Shown: positions 13,120 to 27,585, counted from the stretch's first letter. The stretch is 64,000 bases of DNA from Octopus vulgaris (GCA_951406725.2 OX597823.1:81716001-81780000), one strand, 5' to 3'. A program made the numbers and translations. Notes: generated by a model from the letters alone, not told the origin.

Positions 13120-13521
13120 ATTCTCTTTTACTCTTTTACTTGTTTCAGTCATTTGACTGTGGCCATGCTGGAGTACCACCTTTCGTCGAGCAAATCGACC
13201 ACAGGACTTATTCTTTGTAAGCCTAGTATTTATTCTATCGATCTCTTTTGTCGAACCACTAATTTAAGGGGACATAAACACACCAGCATTGGTTGTCAAG
13301 CGATGTTGGGGGGAGACAAACATATTCACACATGTACATATATATATACATATATATATGATGGGCTTCTTCCAGTTTCCGTCTACCAAATCGACTCATA
13401 AGGCTTTGATTGGCCCAAGCTTATAGTAGAAGACACTTGCCCAAGTTGCCATGCAGTGGGACTGAACCCGGAACCATTTGGTTGGTAAGCAAGCTACTTA
13501 CCACACAACCACTCCTACGCC

Positions 13522-13525
<4 letters not shown>
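13120..13525 (-). mobile_element. CORE-type SINE (family A)
   Basis: Similarity to 40457-40878; further copies at ~17760(+), 19990(-), 22385(-), 25920(+), 34975(-), 38140(-), 42745(-), 53125(-), 54955(-), 61325(-). Confidence 0.85.
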
Positions 13526-13571
<46 letters not shown>

Positions 13572-14357
13572 TATATACACACATACATGTACATGCCTAC
13601 ATGTATCTATACATACATTTATGGGTACAGGACGTCCAAAAAAAAACATTAACAAAAATGAGAAACGAGAACATAAAAAACAAAAGCATGGAAAATAAAC
13701 TTTTTTTTCGAACAACCAAAGAAACAAATAGAGAAAAGAGACAGGCAACATAAAGAACATTTCCTTCATCAGTTGTCCCCTGTTTTATCTACTCCATGTT
13801 TTGATATATGTATATATGTGTAACCAGCCCACTTATGTGTACATTTCTTTCTTTGGACACTAAATTCTGCTTGCGAAGACCTGTTGAGGCATGTGAAATT
13901 GAAATCAAATCAAATTCATAAATTCAATGACTGGCACCCGTACTAGTGGATCGCTAAGAGCATGATCGCTGCTAGTGCAGCTGACTGGCTTCCATGCTGG
14001 TGGCACATAAAAAGCACCATTAAAACAGGATCATTACCAGTGTCACCTTACTGGTATGTGAAAAACATTCGAGCGAGGTCGTTGCCAGTGCTGCTGGACT
14101 GGCTCCTGTGCAGGTGGCATGTAAAAAACACCACTTGAGCATGGCTGTTGCCAGTACCATCTGAGTGGCCCTCGTGCCAGTGGCACGTAAAAGTACCCAC
14201 TACACTCTCGGAGTGGTTGGCATTAGGAAGGGCATCCAGCTGTAGAAACTCTGCCAGATCAGACTGGTGCCTGGTGCAGCCATCTGGTTCGCCAGCCCTC
14301 AGTCAAATCGTCCAACCCTTGCTAGCATGGAGAGTGGACATTAAACGATAATGATGA

Positions 14358-14395
<38 letters not shown>

Positions 14396-14939
14396 TCATA
14401 ATTATGTATGATATTTTTGCATGCATATAAACAAAAATATTAACTAAATTAAGATCTAAAGTAAGCAAAGATAAATTTCTATTTCTTAAAAGTAACAATG
14501 GCTTCATCATTTCTCCAATTCTGACTTATTGAACTCACTTGGAAGAAGAGATATTCTTTTCTACTCTAGGCACAAGACTTGAAATTATGGGTGAGGAGCC
14601 CAGTCAATTAGATTGTCCCCAGTACACACCTGGTACTTAATTTATTGACCCCAAAAGGATGAACAGCAAAATCGACTTCAGTGAAATTTGAACTCACAAT
14701 GCCCAGCTTGCTAACATTTCTGTCAGCTCGCCCCCTTATAGAAGAAAAGATATTAAAATATGTGTATATGTAAACATGTTTTTGAGTATAAAATGTGACA
14801 AATAGAGTTTTAATGACTGCTGTAGAATTATAATTCAAAAATTTTAAATATTTCCCAGAATCATTGTAATGGGCTTGTGTTTGATATATGGATTTTCAAA
14901 TACATTTGTTTATTTTCTTTTTTTTTTTTCCCCATTTAC

Positions 14940-16425
14940 ATTAATCTATTTTTCATCAACAATTTCAACTAAACCATCAATAATATATTTTCCTTCACTC
15001 TTCATGACTTTTTGCCAATGTTCCACTAGCTTGTCAATATCCTGGTGATTGAAATCATTGGGTTTTCTCTCAAAGGATTTATTGAGCCAGGTTTTTTAAC
15101 TCTAAATGTCTTGCAGTCTGCTGAAGGTCAACCAAAGAACAAAAAAAGGTGATGATCTGAAGGTACTTTTATCAGAATGCAGTTCTATTCAAGAGCTCCC
15201 AACTGAGCTCTTGAATAGTGTTTTTTGGTTGAATTAGTGACCTCTGGGTGAGTGTTGTCATGTTGAGAAATCATGTGTTGCAGATTGGGTTGTTTCAGAT
15301 GGATTACCCATTTGAGCTGATGCATTTGCTAAAAGTAAACCTTTGCATTGACATCAGGTTTGATTTCAAGCTTTTCATAGTGCATTCACCCTTGCCAGTC
15401 CCACCAAATGCAAATCATTGTTTTTTATGGATGCAGTTCTGGCTTGGCTCAAGGTGATGTTTGTTGGGGCTCAACTATTCTTTTTTCTGTTTCATATTAA
15501 CAGAAGGACACCATTTTTCATTACTGGTCATGATGTGATAGAAAAATCTCTGTTTGTGTCCACAAGTAGCCTGGAGTTGAGTTAGACAACTGGTGCCAGT
15601 AGAGGAGTGCCAAAATTTGTCTCTTTCATTCAGAGTGAGTGGCACTCTTTGCACTAATTTTTTGGACCTCACTCATTGAGTGAAGGTAATGGCTACTAGT
15701 ATTATGCAACCATAAGGTGGCGAGCTGGCAGAAACATTAGCATGCCAGGTGAAATGCGTAGCTATATTTCATCTGCTGTTACGTTCTGAGTTCAAATTCC
15801 TCCGAGGTCGACTTTGCTTTTCATCCTTTCGGGGTCGATTAAATAAGTACCAGTTACACACTGAGGTCGATATAATCGACTTAATCCATTTGTCTGTTCT
15901 TGTTTGTCCTCTCTGTGTTTAGCCTCTTGTGGGTAGTAAAGAAATAGGTATTATGAGACCATCCCATCTGCTGGACTAATTCCCAAATGGATTGGTGTGG
16001 ATCCTAATGAATGTACTTCTTCAATTGATCTTTGTTGAATTGAAAAAGCTGACCAGAATGTAGAAAGTCTTTGAGGTCAAATTTCCCCTCCTTGAAGCAT
16101 GAAAACCATTTCTGCACAATTCTTTCAGTTACAGCACCTTCTCTGTACATAGCACAAATGTCTCAAGTGGCTTTAGACTTTTGGTTGTAAGCATATGTCA
16201 AGGATGGTTTTTTTTTTTTTTGGTTGTAACTTAGCACTCCATCATCATATGTACGAAAAGAGGTAAAATTAATTCAAACTTCAAAACCGATAAACAAAAG
16301 CTGGAGAGGAAGAACAGAACTACAGGAAAATAAAACCCCCATTAAAATACTATGATAAAAATATTTTTCATGTTAATTTAAATAACGCTGGAAAGAAACA
16401 AATAAATTTATCTGACAACTTAGTT
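14940..16425 (-). mobile_element. Decayed mariner transposon interrupted by a SINE
   Basis: Minus frames give IMTSNEKWC (cf. TGDEKW), P..LHP.K.M..IWWD, PSDHHLF and DIDKLVEHWQKV; many stops and frameshifts. Confidence 0.75.
15714..15947 (+). mobile_element. Meta-type SINE (family B) with ~15-bp imperfect TSD
   Basis: Flanks gtattatgcaaccat / gtattatgagaccat; other copies at ~14555(-), 16838, 19650, 23880(-), 38900(-), 53575. Confidence 0.85.
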
Positions 16426-17291
16426 AAAGTGACTAGAACTAATGAGATAAGAACATATAAAGAGTAATAGCTGGGTAATCGTGTGTATATATGTTAAATA
16501 TATAAATGATAACTATTATAACAGTTTATGAAGCTATGAAGCAAAATCTCTGAAATTAGATATTACTGTATACATTAATAATAGATTTTATTAATGATTA
16601 TTGATAAAAATGGTATTACAAGGTTAATGCAGGACTATTTTAACATATCTAAAATAGCCTTTTTTTCAAAAATGTTTGAATTAATATGATTTTTGTGTTA
16701 AATATGTAAAAATTCAGTGTTATTATTCAAATGAAAAATCAGCAGATTTATAAAGGATATCTATAATGTTTATATTTTATCAACTATTTCATTTAAAGGA
16801 AATGTATAAGTTAGTCATCATTGTTATTATTATCATTAAGGTAGTGGGCTGGGAGAATCGTTAGCATATTCGATAAAATGCTAAGTGGCATGTTGTCAAT
16901 CTTTACATTGTGAGTTCAAATTCTGCTGAGATTGACTTTGTTTTTATCCTTTTGGGGTCAATAAAATAAGTACCAGTTGACTACTGGGGTCTATGTAATT
17001 GACTTACTTCAGCCCCTGAAACTGCTGGTCTTGTGCCAAAATTTGAAACCATTATTATCATCATCATCGTTTTAATGTCCAGAATTTGTTGAGGAAGATT
17101 TACTGTGGCTGGATGCCCTTCCTGTCACCAACCCTCCCTTGTTTCCATATAAGGTAATATTTCTCCATGACATGAGACGTTTTGGGGGAAGATTGAAGTG
17201 AATGGCACTGCTTATTTACAACTATCACATGGTATCAAGACAAGGAGGCACACACACACACACGCACACGCACGCACACATGCACACACAT

Positions 17292-17350
<59 letters not shown>

Positions 17351-18389
17351 TTTTCAGTTTTAGCCAACGATATCCACTGACAAGGCTTGATTCAGTCTGG
17401 TGCTGTAGAAGATACTTGTCCTAAGCGGCATGCTCTGGGACTGAACTTGAAACCACATGGTTGAGGAGCAAACTTTTAAAGCTCAAAGCCATGCTTGCAC
17501 CCATTCCATGCATTGCCTGAGCCTGTATCGATGTTTGCCCCTAATTTGTACCAATATTAATTGTACATTCAATCTATGTCACATAACATTGAAAAAACTT
17601 GTTAATTGTGAAAGGAATAAAGATGACAGAACACAACCAGGAGTCTCTACATAGCCACTTAATAACATGGTCCTGGACTTCTTAAGCAGAGGAATAAGGT
17701 GAGATGGTCATGGCTGGAGTGCTTTTGATCATAGGTCTGCTCATTCAGAAATGAGTTAGTGGGCTGTGTGATAAGAAGTCTGCTTCCTAACCACATGGTT
17801 CCTGGTTCAGTTCTACTGTGTGGCACCTTGGGCAAGTGTAAACCAAAGCCTTGTGAGTGGATTTGGTAGATGGAAACTGAAAGAAGCCTATTGTATACAT
17901 AAGTGTGTGTGTGTGTGTGTTTGTCGCCTATCACTGCTTGACAACCGGTTTTGGTGTGTTTATATCCCTGTGACCTAACAGTTCAGCATAAGAGACTAAT
18001 AGAATAAGTATCAGGTTTAAAAAATCAGTTGGGGTTGATTCGTTCAACTAAAATTCTTCAAAGTGGTGCCCCAGCATGGCTGCAGTCTAATAACTGAAAC
18101 GAGTAAAAGATAAAGAATAAGAGATCTTAGAAATTCTTGACTAAATGTAAATAAGATATATAAAATTACAAATGTAAGTATGAATAAAAGTATAAATAAA
18201 AAAGTAAAAATAAAGCTAAATAAAATAGATATAAGATATAAGTTTTGAAAAATAAATATAAATATAAATAAATAAAATAAGATGTAATGAGATTTATATG
18301 TTGAATCGACTTGGAATTTTAGAAGAACAATTTATCTATTTAATCAATTAAATTATACTATAATGTATATACGTGTTCACACAGACACA

Positions 18390-18445
<56 letters not shown>

Positions 18446-18668
18446 CGCAACTTTAGAATGTGAGAAATTTAAAAGATAAGATTTAAGCAATTTTGTGATT
18501 TCACAGTGATGAAAAACTCATTGATATAAAAATTATACCTTACACTGATTGCTGTCTAATTCAATCACTGCTCTTTATTAAAAACCTTAAATAGCAATAA
18601 TGTCTTTAATAGTAATAATAATAATAATGATAATGATGATGATGATGATAATAATAAAAGTAATAATG

Positions 18669-18733
<65 letters not shown>

Positions 18734-18734
18734 G

Positions 18735-19045
18735 AAATGTAAAAGATAATGAAATGCAATAGAAATATATATATATATAGTATGGAAAGTATGTGATGAC
18801 GTGAATGGTGCAATTCTCCTGATACAGAAATGATTCCAGCTAAGACCAATCAAGGAACCCCGTAGATCCAGGATTATCCTGACCACCAAAGGTATGAGCA
18901 CTCTCTCCTGTCTCCAATCATTTTTGCCACAGTCACCCAAGTTTTCTCAAATTCACTGGGAGGTAACACTTCCCTCTCCACTCTCACTTTCTTTTCCAAG
19001 TGGAACTTAAAAATGTCAACGAGATCCTGACCAAAAAGGAAGGCT
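18735..19045 (-). mobile_element. Probable L1/Tx1-like LINE 3' end
   Basis: Minus frame DIFKFHLEKKVRVEREVLPPSEFEKTW followed by a UTR and a (TTA)n tract; family call from recalled similarity only. Confidence 0.4.
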
Positions 19046-19169
19046 TCTAATCCTTTCTACTATAGGAAGAAGGCCTGAAATTTGAGAGGAAGGGACTAGT
19101 GGATTATATCAGCTGTTGCTTATTTTATTGACCCTGAAAGAATAAAGAGCAAAGTGAACATTGGTGGAA

Positions 19170-19575
19170 TAACAGTGCCTAATAATTGACATGGCAGTGC
19201 CAGGAGATCAACATATCATCATGAAAGAATGAGAAAAGGTTAATAAATATGGAGACCTGAGAATTGAGATTGCTAAGATGTGGCAGCTATGAGAGTCAAA
19301 CATAAAGGTTATCCCTATTGTCATCGGAGCCTTGGGTTCAATACCACCCAATCTGAAAAAACATCTGAAAACTTTAGAAATACCTTACAATCTAGGCATA
19401 TTGCATAAGTCAAAAGTTGGTATTACTTGGAACTGCACGCATATTGTGTAAAGTACAGTCTGTCTGAGGTCTTTGTTGTGACTTGACAAATGGTACGAAA
19501 CCCTGGAAGACACAATATCTTTAATCAACAACCTCATGATATTGTATACTGTGTGAAGTCCATAATAATAATAAC
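19170..19575 (+). mobile_element. R4/Dong-clade (RLE endonuclease) retrotransposon 3' end
   Basis: DMAVPGD..KE*EKVNKYGDLRIEIAKMW..IPIVIGALGSIP..LLGTARIL; ends in aataataataa. Confidence 0.8.
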
Positions 19576-20437
19576 TAGCTGGACCTGTGAAAAATTCATG
19601 GAAAACATAAAAAATGTAAGCATCTATAAACAGTGTACTGGTGCCATGAGAAATGTTTGCATATTATGACCGTCTGTCTTTACGTTCTGAGTTCAAATTC
19701 CTCCAAGGTTGACTTTACCTTTTTTGTCCTTTTGGGGTTGATAAATTAAGTACCAGTTGTGTACTGAGGTTGATCTCATCAAGTGGCCCCCTCCCAACAA
19801 AAATTTCAGGCCTAGAAAAGTATATAGTGACAGTTACAGAATATAGAAAGTAATGTAACACCAATGACTATATAATCTAACCAAAATATCTGTTACACAA
19901 ACGTAAACAGAATTTCTATTTAACCTTAAAATACATCGTACATATTCAAAGAACCTTCTTGGTTTAGTAGTGCGGAACGTTTTTCTGGTATTCTTTTATT
20001 CTTTTACTTGTTTCAGTCATTTGACGGTGGCCATGCTGGAGCACCACCCTTTAGTCGAAGAAATTGACCCCTGGACTTTTTCCCTGTAAGTCTGGTGCTT
20101 CTTCTATCAGTCTCTTCTGCTGAACAGCTAAATTACAGAGACGCAAATGTACCAACATAGGTTGTCAAGAAATGGTGGTGGTGGGACAAACACAGACACA
20201 AATGCACACACTCACACACATACATACATACATACATATACATACACATATATATACATATATATATATATATATGACGGGCTTGGAGGTAGTGGTGATG
20301 TTGGCTGATGAAATTATGACAACTTACTGATTGACCTATACTATATATATATATATATAAATTCCTCTATTTTAATAATATCGAGGTCTCGTTCTTTTAT
20401 TGTCATTTTATTATTAATTAATATATATATATGAGTA

Positions 20438-20627
20438 GGACTTCCTGGAAAAGTCCAAGGAGGGGGAGGAATGGGAGGAGGAGATGAAGTACTTCCTGGA
20501 AAAGTCCAAGGAGGAAAGACTTCTTAGAAAAGTCCGAGGAGAGTGTGAGTGGGAATTCCTGGAAAAGTCCAAAGAGTGAGAGGAAGTGGAGGAGGGGAGG
20601 AAGAACTTCCTGGAAAAGTCTGAGGAG
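20438..20627. repeat. Five copies of TTCCTGGAAAAGTCC separated by purine-rich spacers
   Basis: Copies at 20442, 20493, 20521 (TTCTTAGAA variant), 20556, 20607. Confidence 0.85.
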
Positions 20628-21004
20628 GGGAGCAATGTCTCAATAATTTCTTTGTCCAACCTATGCTTGCATGGAATAATGGATATGAAAAATAACTGAG
20701 TGAACTACACACACACACACAGACACACACACACACATACACACACACACACATGCACATGCACATGCATATATTCACCCTTTAAGTTTGTTTATGGGAA
20801 ACATTTTTGAGTGTGCTCATAAAAAGCTCCTAAGCTATTTATTCTGGCTACTGTTTATTATTCTCATCTTCCAGAGTAATTTTATGGGATAGTTATTAGT
20901 CTGGTGCCACTATAGCATAGGATAAATACAGTAATAACAAGAACTTTTACATGGAAATTCTTGAATCCTTTAATTCATTGCTACATACATTTCCACAAAG
21001 TAAA

Positions 21005-21138
21005 TCTATTTTGTTACTGCATTCTCCATCCATAAGGCATTACAAAATATGATTTGCAGTATCCATGGATTTCTATTTTGTTACTGCATTCTCCATCCAT
21101 AAGGCATTACAAAATATGATTTGCAGTATCCATGGATT
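21005..21138. repeat. Perfect 67-bp tandem duplication
   Basis: tctattttgttactgcattctcc...atccatggatt present at 21005 and 21072. Confidence 0.9.
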
Positions 21139-21435
21139 TTAAGGGGAACCATTATTACATGTGTTCGTTTCTTCAGGCAAAAATTGCATTCATGTTCTGG
21201 TTGTATGAAATGTTTAGCTAAGGGATATTTACCAATTTACATCAATCAGAAGTTTCTGTGACGTTTAAGGGCAGTTCCTGTGAATATTTTGGCTTATAAC
21301 ACAGATAGATATACAAAAACAATACAAGAAGGAGGATATAGGTAGCGTTTTACTTTGTAATTAGATTTGTGCAACTAGGCATGTGCGGATAGGAACAAGA
21401 AAAGTGAGAAAATAAATAATATATATATGAATGCG

Positions 21436-21473
<38 letters not shown>

Positions 21474-21477
21474 GCTA

Positions 21478-21534
<57 letters not shown>

Positions 21535-21640
21535 TCATCATCATCATCATCATCATTTAACGTCCGCTTTCCATGCTAGCATGGGTTGGACGGTTCAACT
21601 GGGGTCTGGGGAGCCCGAAGGCTGCACCAGGCCAGTCAGA

Positions 21641-21701
<61 letters not shown>

Positions 21702-21927
21702 GCTTTGTGCCATGTAAAAAGCACTATTCACCTCACCTGTACTTGTGCCATGTAAAAAGCACTAAGTCCACTCTGCTGAGTGGTTGGTGTCAGGAAGGGC
21801 ATCCAGCTGTAAAAATCCTGCCAAAACAGTCACAGAAGTTTGGTACAGGCTTCAGCCTAGCTGGCTCTTGTGAAACCATCCAATCAATGCTAGCACGGAA
21901 GGCAGACATTAAAAGATGATGATGTAT

Positions 21928-22105
21928 ATGTGACCTCGTGTGTATCGTAGGCGATTTTCTTTCTCCGTCTTCCCTTCTTTGGACTTTTTCTATATTTCTG
22001 AAGAAGAGCTCTGCTCGAAATGTGAAATCCTCTTTCTTTTCTTTCCTTTCCTGAGCGTCCAATAACACTGTACTTATTCTTGCTTGTTCATGTTTGGATT
22101 AACTA
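21928..22105 (+). mobile_element. Family E element with hammerhead at 21994-22028
   Basis: ATTT-CTGAAGA-A-GAGC-tct-GCTC-GAAA-TG-TG-AAAT. Confidence 0.75.
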
Positions 22106-22113
22106 TATATACA

Positions 22114-22156
<43 letters not shown>

Positions 22157-22607
22157 GCAAATTGGTGACAAATGGTGAATTCAAGAACAAAAACAAAAAT
22201 AACAAAAGTCAAGAGGATGTATTACAGTGGACATATTAGTTTGACACTTGCTGAAAATTTAGATGGAAAATTAAAAAAAAAAAGATAAAATTTCAAGCAT
22301 GGCTCTTGGTTAGTTAGTAGCAGAAAGTCCAGAGAGGAAAAGGAAGAAGGAATATTTATTTAGGAGAAAAGGTTGCTGTATATATTTTATTCTTTACTTG
22401 TGCCAGACTGTGGCCATACCGGGGTATTGCCTTAAGGAATAGTTGAATGAAATGACCCAAGTACTTATTTCTTTTTTAAGCCTGGTTCTTATTCTGTCAG
22501 TTTTTTTTGCCAAACCACTAAGTCATGGGGGACAAAAGCAGACCAACACCAGTTATCAGTTGGTGGTGAGGAGCAAACACAGATACAAAGACATACACAC
22601 ACACACA

Positions 22608-22648
<41 letters not shown>

Positions 22649-22790
22649 GATGATGCCCTTCTTTCAGTATCAGTATCTGTTTATCACAAGGCTTTCGTTA
22701 GCCCAAGGCTACAGCAGAAGACACTCACCCAAGGTACCATGCAGTTGGGAAGCAAACTTCTTACCACATGGCCATGCCTGTGCCTATATG

Positions 22791-22845
<55 letters not shown>

Positions 22846-22849
22846 ATAC

Positions 22850-23020
22850 ATGCTCAGAATTGCTGAAGTATGGAATAAACTACCCACATCAGTTGTTAGC
22901 TGTTGAGACACTACTTCCTTCAAAACTTCCATGCTTTCTGAAATTCGCCAACAGTACCCCCTGATGGCTTTTTCTTTAGGTGTAGTGAACCTGAGCAGTG
23001 TATGCAACAATTTTGTTCAA
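22850..23020 (+). mobile_element. CR1-type LINE 3' end fragment
   Basis: LRIAEVWNKLPTSVV...SFK; UTR gtagtgaacctgagcagtgta recurs at ~60975-61020. Confidence 0.65.
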
Positions 23021-23536
23021 AAATTTGTTTCATATATATATATATATATATGTAAATATGTGTGTGTCTGTATGCACATATTACTGCTGAAAGTTTTGCT
23101 GTTAAACTAGACGTTGATGATCAAACAGAATGCACTGGACTGGTAACATATGAGCTATACTTTATGTGTGAAGACATCATAAACCAAACTTTACTGGCCA
23201 CTCTTCTACTAGAGTTATTAACCTTTCCAAAACTGATCTAAGTATCGTTAGTAAATTATATTAGATTCTATCATTTCTAAAACCGGGGTTAAATCACTTT
23301 TATCTCTTTGAAATTATTAAAATTCAATAAAACAATGATTTAATACTAACCTGTATAAAAAGGAAAAAGCACCATTTCTACCAATTTGTCATAAAAGATT
23401 ATTATATAACAATCATTGAGCCTATACTAACAGCTGCATTAACCAAGCAAAATCAATTATGTTTCTAACAGACACAGACAGTGACCATATATTAGAAACT
23501 AGAAAATCTATTTGCTTCTACGATAATTTTATTTAG

Positions 23537-23616
23537 ATTAAGAAACAAAGTGATGTGTTCTATGATGTCTGCAAGTGTACAAGAGACTCAGATGACTTCA
23601 GTGATATTGTTTTATT
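23537..23616 (+). CDS. Possible internal exon (IKKQSDVFYDVCKCTRDSDDFSDIVL)
   Basis: ttttatttag acceptor, gtatgt donor, open frame, non-repetitive sequence; no homology recognised. Confidence 0.25.
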
Positions 23617-24289
23617 GTATGTCTTAAGTGTATTACATGAAAAACTTCTTGTCTCTGATAGTTTATTTCCAAATTATGGTTTGTTATTATTACCTAATTT
23701 CAACTTCCAAGCTACTGAGAAATTCCATAAGAAACTCTAATTTTTTTGTAAGTAGTTTTCTCTGTTAAAGCTGAAGTTACTAAATTTCTTGATGTCATGT
23801 TTAACTTTGACAACTTGCAGCATGTAACTCAAGAAAAAAAAAAGCAAACTAAAAGACTAAGAAAAGTCTTTGTATTAATAATGATTTCAAATTTTGGCAC
23901 AAGGCCAGCAATTTTGGGGAAAGGTAAGTCAATTACATCGCTCCAGTGTTCAACTGGCACTTATTTCATCGACCCAAAAAGGGTGAAATGCAAAGTTGAC
24001 CTTGACAGAATTTTGAACTCAGAACGTGAAGACAGATAAAATGTTGTTATGCATTTTGTCTGGCATTCTAATGAATCTGCCAGCCCACCGCCTTAATCTT
24101 TATACTCATATTAAATTAAAAAATCATACAATCATCTCAATTGTGTTTCTGAGGATTTAATTGAGATTGCATCCATAAGACTATCTATTTGGTCATCAAA
24201 GAACAAATTTCTAATCAAACCTCTAACTCTTACAATGGCAATAATATGAAAGAGGCTAAATCAGCTTAGCAGAAACAGACTAAATAGAA

Positions 24290-24675
24290 CTGTCTACAGA
24301 AAAAAATATTGAATATTACCTGAACAGAGTTTTAACATATGAAATATATAAAGAGCTCATGTAGTATGTATAAGAATATCTTAGCCAAACCATTAAACTG
24401 ATGAAGTATTCCAACAAACAGATACAAAAAAATTCTTTACTTTCAACTATTAAAAAAAGGGAACTAAAGTACTTTGGTCTCACAGTAAGAGCACAAGGGA
24501 TACAAATACTAGAAGAAAAGATCAATGGAAAAGACCTAGAACAAACTGGTTTGGTAACATCAAGGACTGGACTAATCTGTCATATAGTGAATGTGTAAGA
24601 ACGACAGACAAAAGACCTGAATGGAAATCTTTGATATTAAACCTGATGAAAGCAGATTGAATCTGATGATGATAA
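24290..24675 (+). mobile_element. Degraded RTE-BovB-like 3' coding remnant
   Basis: LLSTIKKRELKYFGLTVRAQG..ILEEKING; ends in tgatgatgat. Confidence 0.65.
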
Positions 24676-24679
24676 TGAA

Positions 24680-25200
24680 TATGTCATCATATTGTCTTAA
24701 ATGTTCATTTAGTCTCTCTGCAATGCTTCTAGATGTCTCACCAATGTATGTCGTGTTCTTGTCTTTACAAGCACCCTCTATGCACCTCATGCTGTAGACA
24801 ACATTTCTAGTTCTAGAGTTAATGCCAGGGTTAATCTTACATACCATACAGTTCTCAGTGGTGCATGCAGTATTCTTAAAGGGACATGCCCTACATAATT
24901 GTGATCTGATGGAGCTCCTTGGCTTTTCAACTATCTTAATGTTGCATTTGATAGTCTTCAGAACATTCCTAAATCTTCAGGCTAGTTCTCTATAGGCTGT
25001 GGCCTCTACAAACATCACTCCTTGATATTTGTCGGCCTTGTACCATGTGTTCACTCTGTTTGCTTTGTCACAAACACTTTGTATCCTATTCCAGTCTTTA
25101 CTTCTGTATCTAGGGCAGATACCACTGGTTTCATTACTTATGAATGCTATCTAACTTCTTTCTAGCTCCTCTGTATACCTGGACCCTATCTTTCTGGTCA
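24680..25200 (-). mobile_element. Penelope-like element remnant (GIY-YIG endonuclease)
   Basis: NVVYSMRC...C....YIGETSRSIAERLNEH (ORF 24572-24847), canonical PLE GIY-YIG pattern. Confidence 0.85.
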
Positions 25201-26168
25201 TATCTGGAGGACAGCATGTGGTGCATGAAGTTCTGCACATGTTTCTTTGTTTCATAGGGTTCACATAGTGGGGACATGTTGTTCATTATCCTAAGTCTGC
25301 TGTGAATATTTCATGGAACTAATGGTAAACTTGTTGGGTTATTCCTGAAAACTTTATCCAGAAAATCTGAAAGCATAACTTGTGTTGTGCCTGTATCAAA
25401 GAATAGTCGTCCGTCAGCTAATCATTAAAAAGTGAAGGAAATTGGAATATGATGATTAATTAATGCACTATATATATACACTTTATATACTTTATGCACA
25501 ATTTTATAGACTTAATATACAACACTTTCCCTGTTTCTCTCTCATTCTTTGCCTTACCCTCTTTTTCTTCCTCCTTTTCCTTTCGTTCTTCGCTTTTCCC
25601 TTCAACTGGTCATATGAAAGTGTTACAGATGGGCAAAGTAGCGGAGGAAAAAAACTTAGTTAAATAGAGAAGAAATTACACATTTCACTCACCACCACCC
25701 CTCCCTACCCCTCCCCTCACCACCCTCCCGTTCCTCCCCTTCAACTAATTACTGAAAGCATTACGGATAGGTTAAGTAATGGAATGACAAGCAGAATTAT
25801 TATAAGATTCTGTTTCATTTTCATCTCCATACAACTACTTTTAACATAGAAGCTCATTGTTACTCACAGCAATATTGTATTTTCAATAACAGCCAGAGCA
25901 TTTTTAATCATTATATAGAAGCAGGCATGACTCTGCGGCTAAGTAGCTTGCTTCCCAACCACGTGGTCTTGGTTTCAGTCCCAGAGTGTAGCACCTTGGG
26001 CAAATGTCTTCTACTACAGCCCAGAGTTGGCTAAAGACTGCATGGATTAGGTAGACAGAAACTGAAAGAAGCCCATCATATATGTATGTATGTGTGTGTG
26101 TGTGTGCGTGCATGTGTGTGTGTGTGCATGTGTGTGTGCGTGCACGCGTGTGTGTGTGTGTGTGTGCA

Positions 26169-26210
<42 letters not shown>

Positions 26211-27503
26211 TGTGTGTGTACCTTTGTTTTGATATTCTCTGGCGTTTGTAAATTAATAAATTAACATCATCATACAAATGATGTTGATCATTTCCAGTCT
26301 TCCATAAAAACAAGTCTGACCACGGGGAAATATTACCTTGCTTGGAAATAGACAAGTGTTGACAGCAGCAAGAGCATCCAGCTGTAGTAAATCTTCTCTA
26401 ACAAACCCCATCAGATCCATGGATGTATAGAAAATTAGACATTAAATTATGATGATGATATTGATGCTGCTGATGTATGTAGTTTCACTAATTTGTATCA
26501 ATATCCAAGAGAAACTATACAAAATTTCCAATATACTCAGAACTTTGATTATTGCAAATTTCCATCTTTTACTCCATTCATTTAAATGTCAATAGTCTTA
26601 AACCTAATGACAGTGTATGTGTCCCTCTGGTCATTATTTAATTATTATATTAGCAACTCACACATTCCTGTCAAATCAGCAATTTATGAAAGTCTATGAA
26701 ATATACATCACTACAATTAATTTTTTTTCAGCAACTAGTTTTCAGCCACCTCTAATTTAACAATTTAACTAATAATTATTTCCCATTATTTAATGACATT
26801 CAATTATTTCTACCCAATAATTACTTCAGATTTTTCAGTGACATCTTTATATTTATCTCTTTGTATATGGAAGCTAGTACAAGGTTAAGGGCAAAACTTC
26901 TTAATCTTATTTATTTGTTCTCAACCAGTTCTTGATATTAGATAATCTTCAATTATCAAGCTTATATTCCAAAGTATTTACTTTCACACCTTGCTTTTTA
27001 ATTTGTTATTCCACATATTATAATATATTGCATTTGATTTAATTATTCCACTGTTCCAACGTACAATAAATGATTTTATTTCACACATACATTCATATTA
27101 TCAGTTTACACAACCCTGTAAAATGTGATATCTTAGAATATGCATGTTTAATTTTTTTCATTATTGACTATCCATATTACTGAATATATTGTTTCTTTGC
27201 ACGAAAGCTAAAAGGTTAAAATTCTGCTAGCTATGCCAATCTCCTTGTCATTTTTAATATAGATATTTTATACATATGCACACACATGCACACAGGGGAG
27301 AAAGATATATATGCATATAGCTATACATGTGTGTGTGTGTGTATATATATATATACATATGTATATAAGGTGGGCCAAAAGTCACACACCAATATCAAAA
27401 CTCATTTAGAGTATATATTTCTAAAGTTGAAAAAATGTCAATAAAATAATTGAAAATAGACATGTACTTGTACATGATGAACAAAATAAATAACAAGAGT
27501 AAT

Positions 27504-27547
<44 letters not shown>

Positions 27548-27585
27548 TAATAATAATAATAATAATGATAATAATAATAATAATG

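Noticed and set aside
13765-13805. CTGATGA on the minus strand (also ~36170) as a hammerhead
   Set aside because: No downstream stem II plus GAAA could be assembled.
20438-20627. CRISPR-like repeat-spacer look
   Set aside because: Spacers vary from ~7 to 30 bp and are low-complexity purine runs; eukaryotic context; no cas genes.
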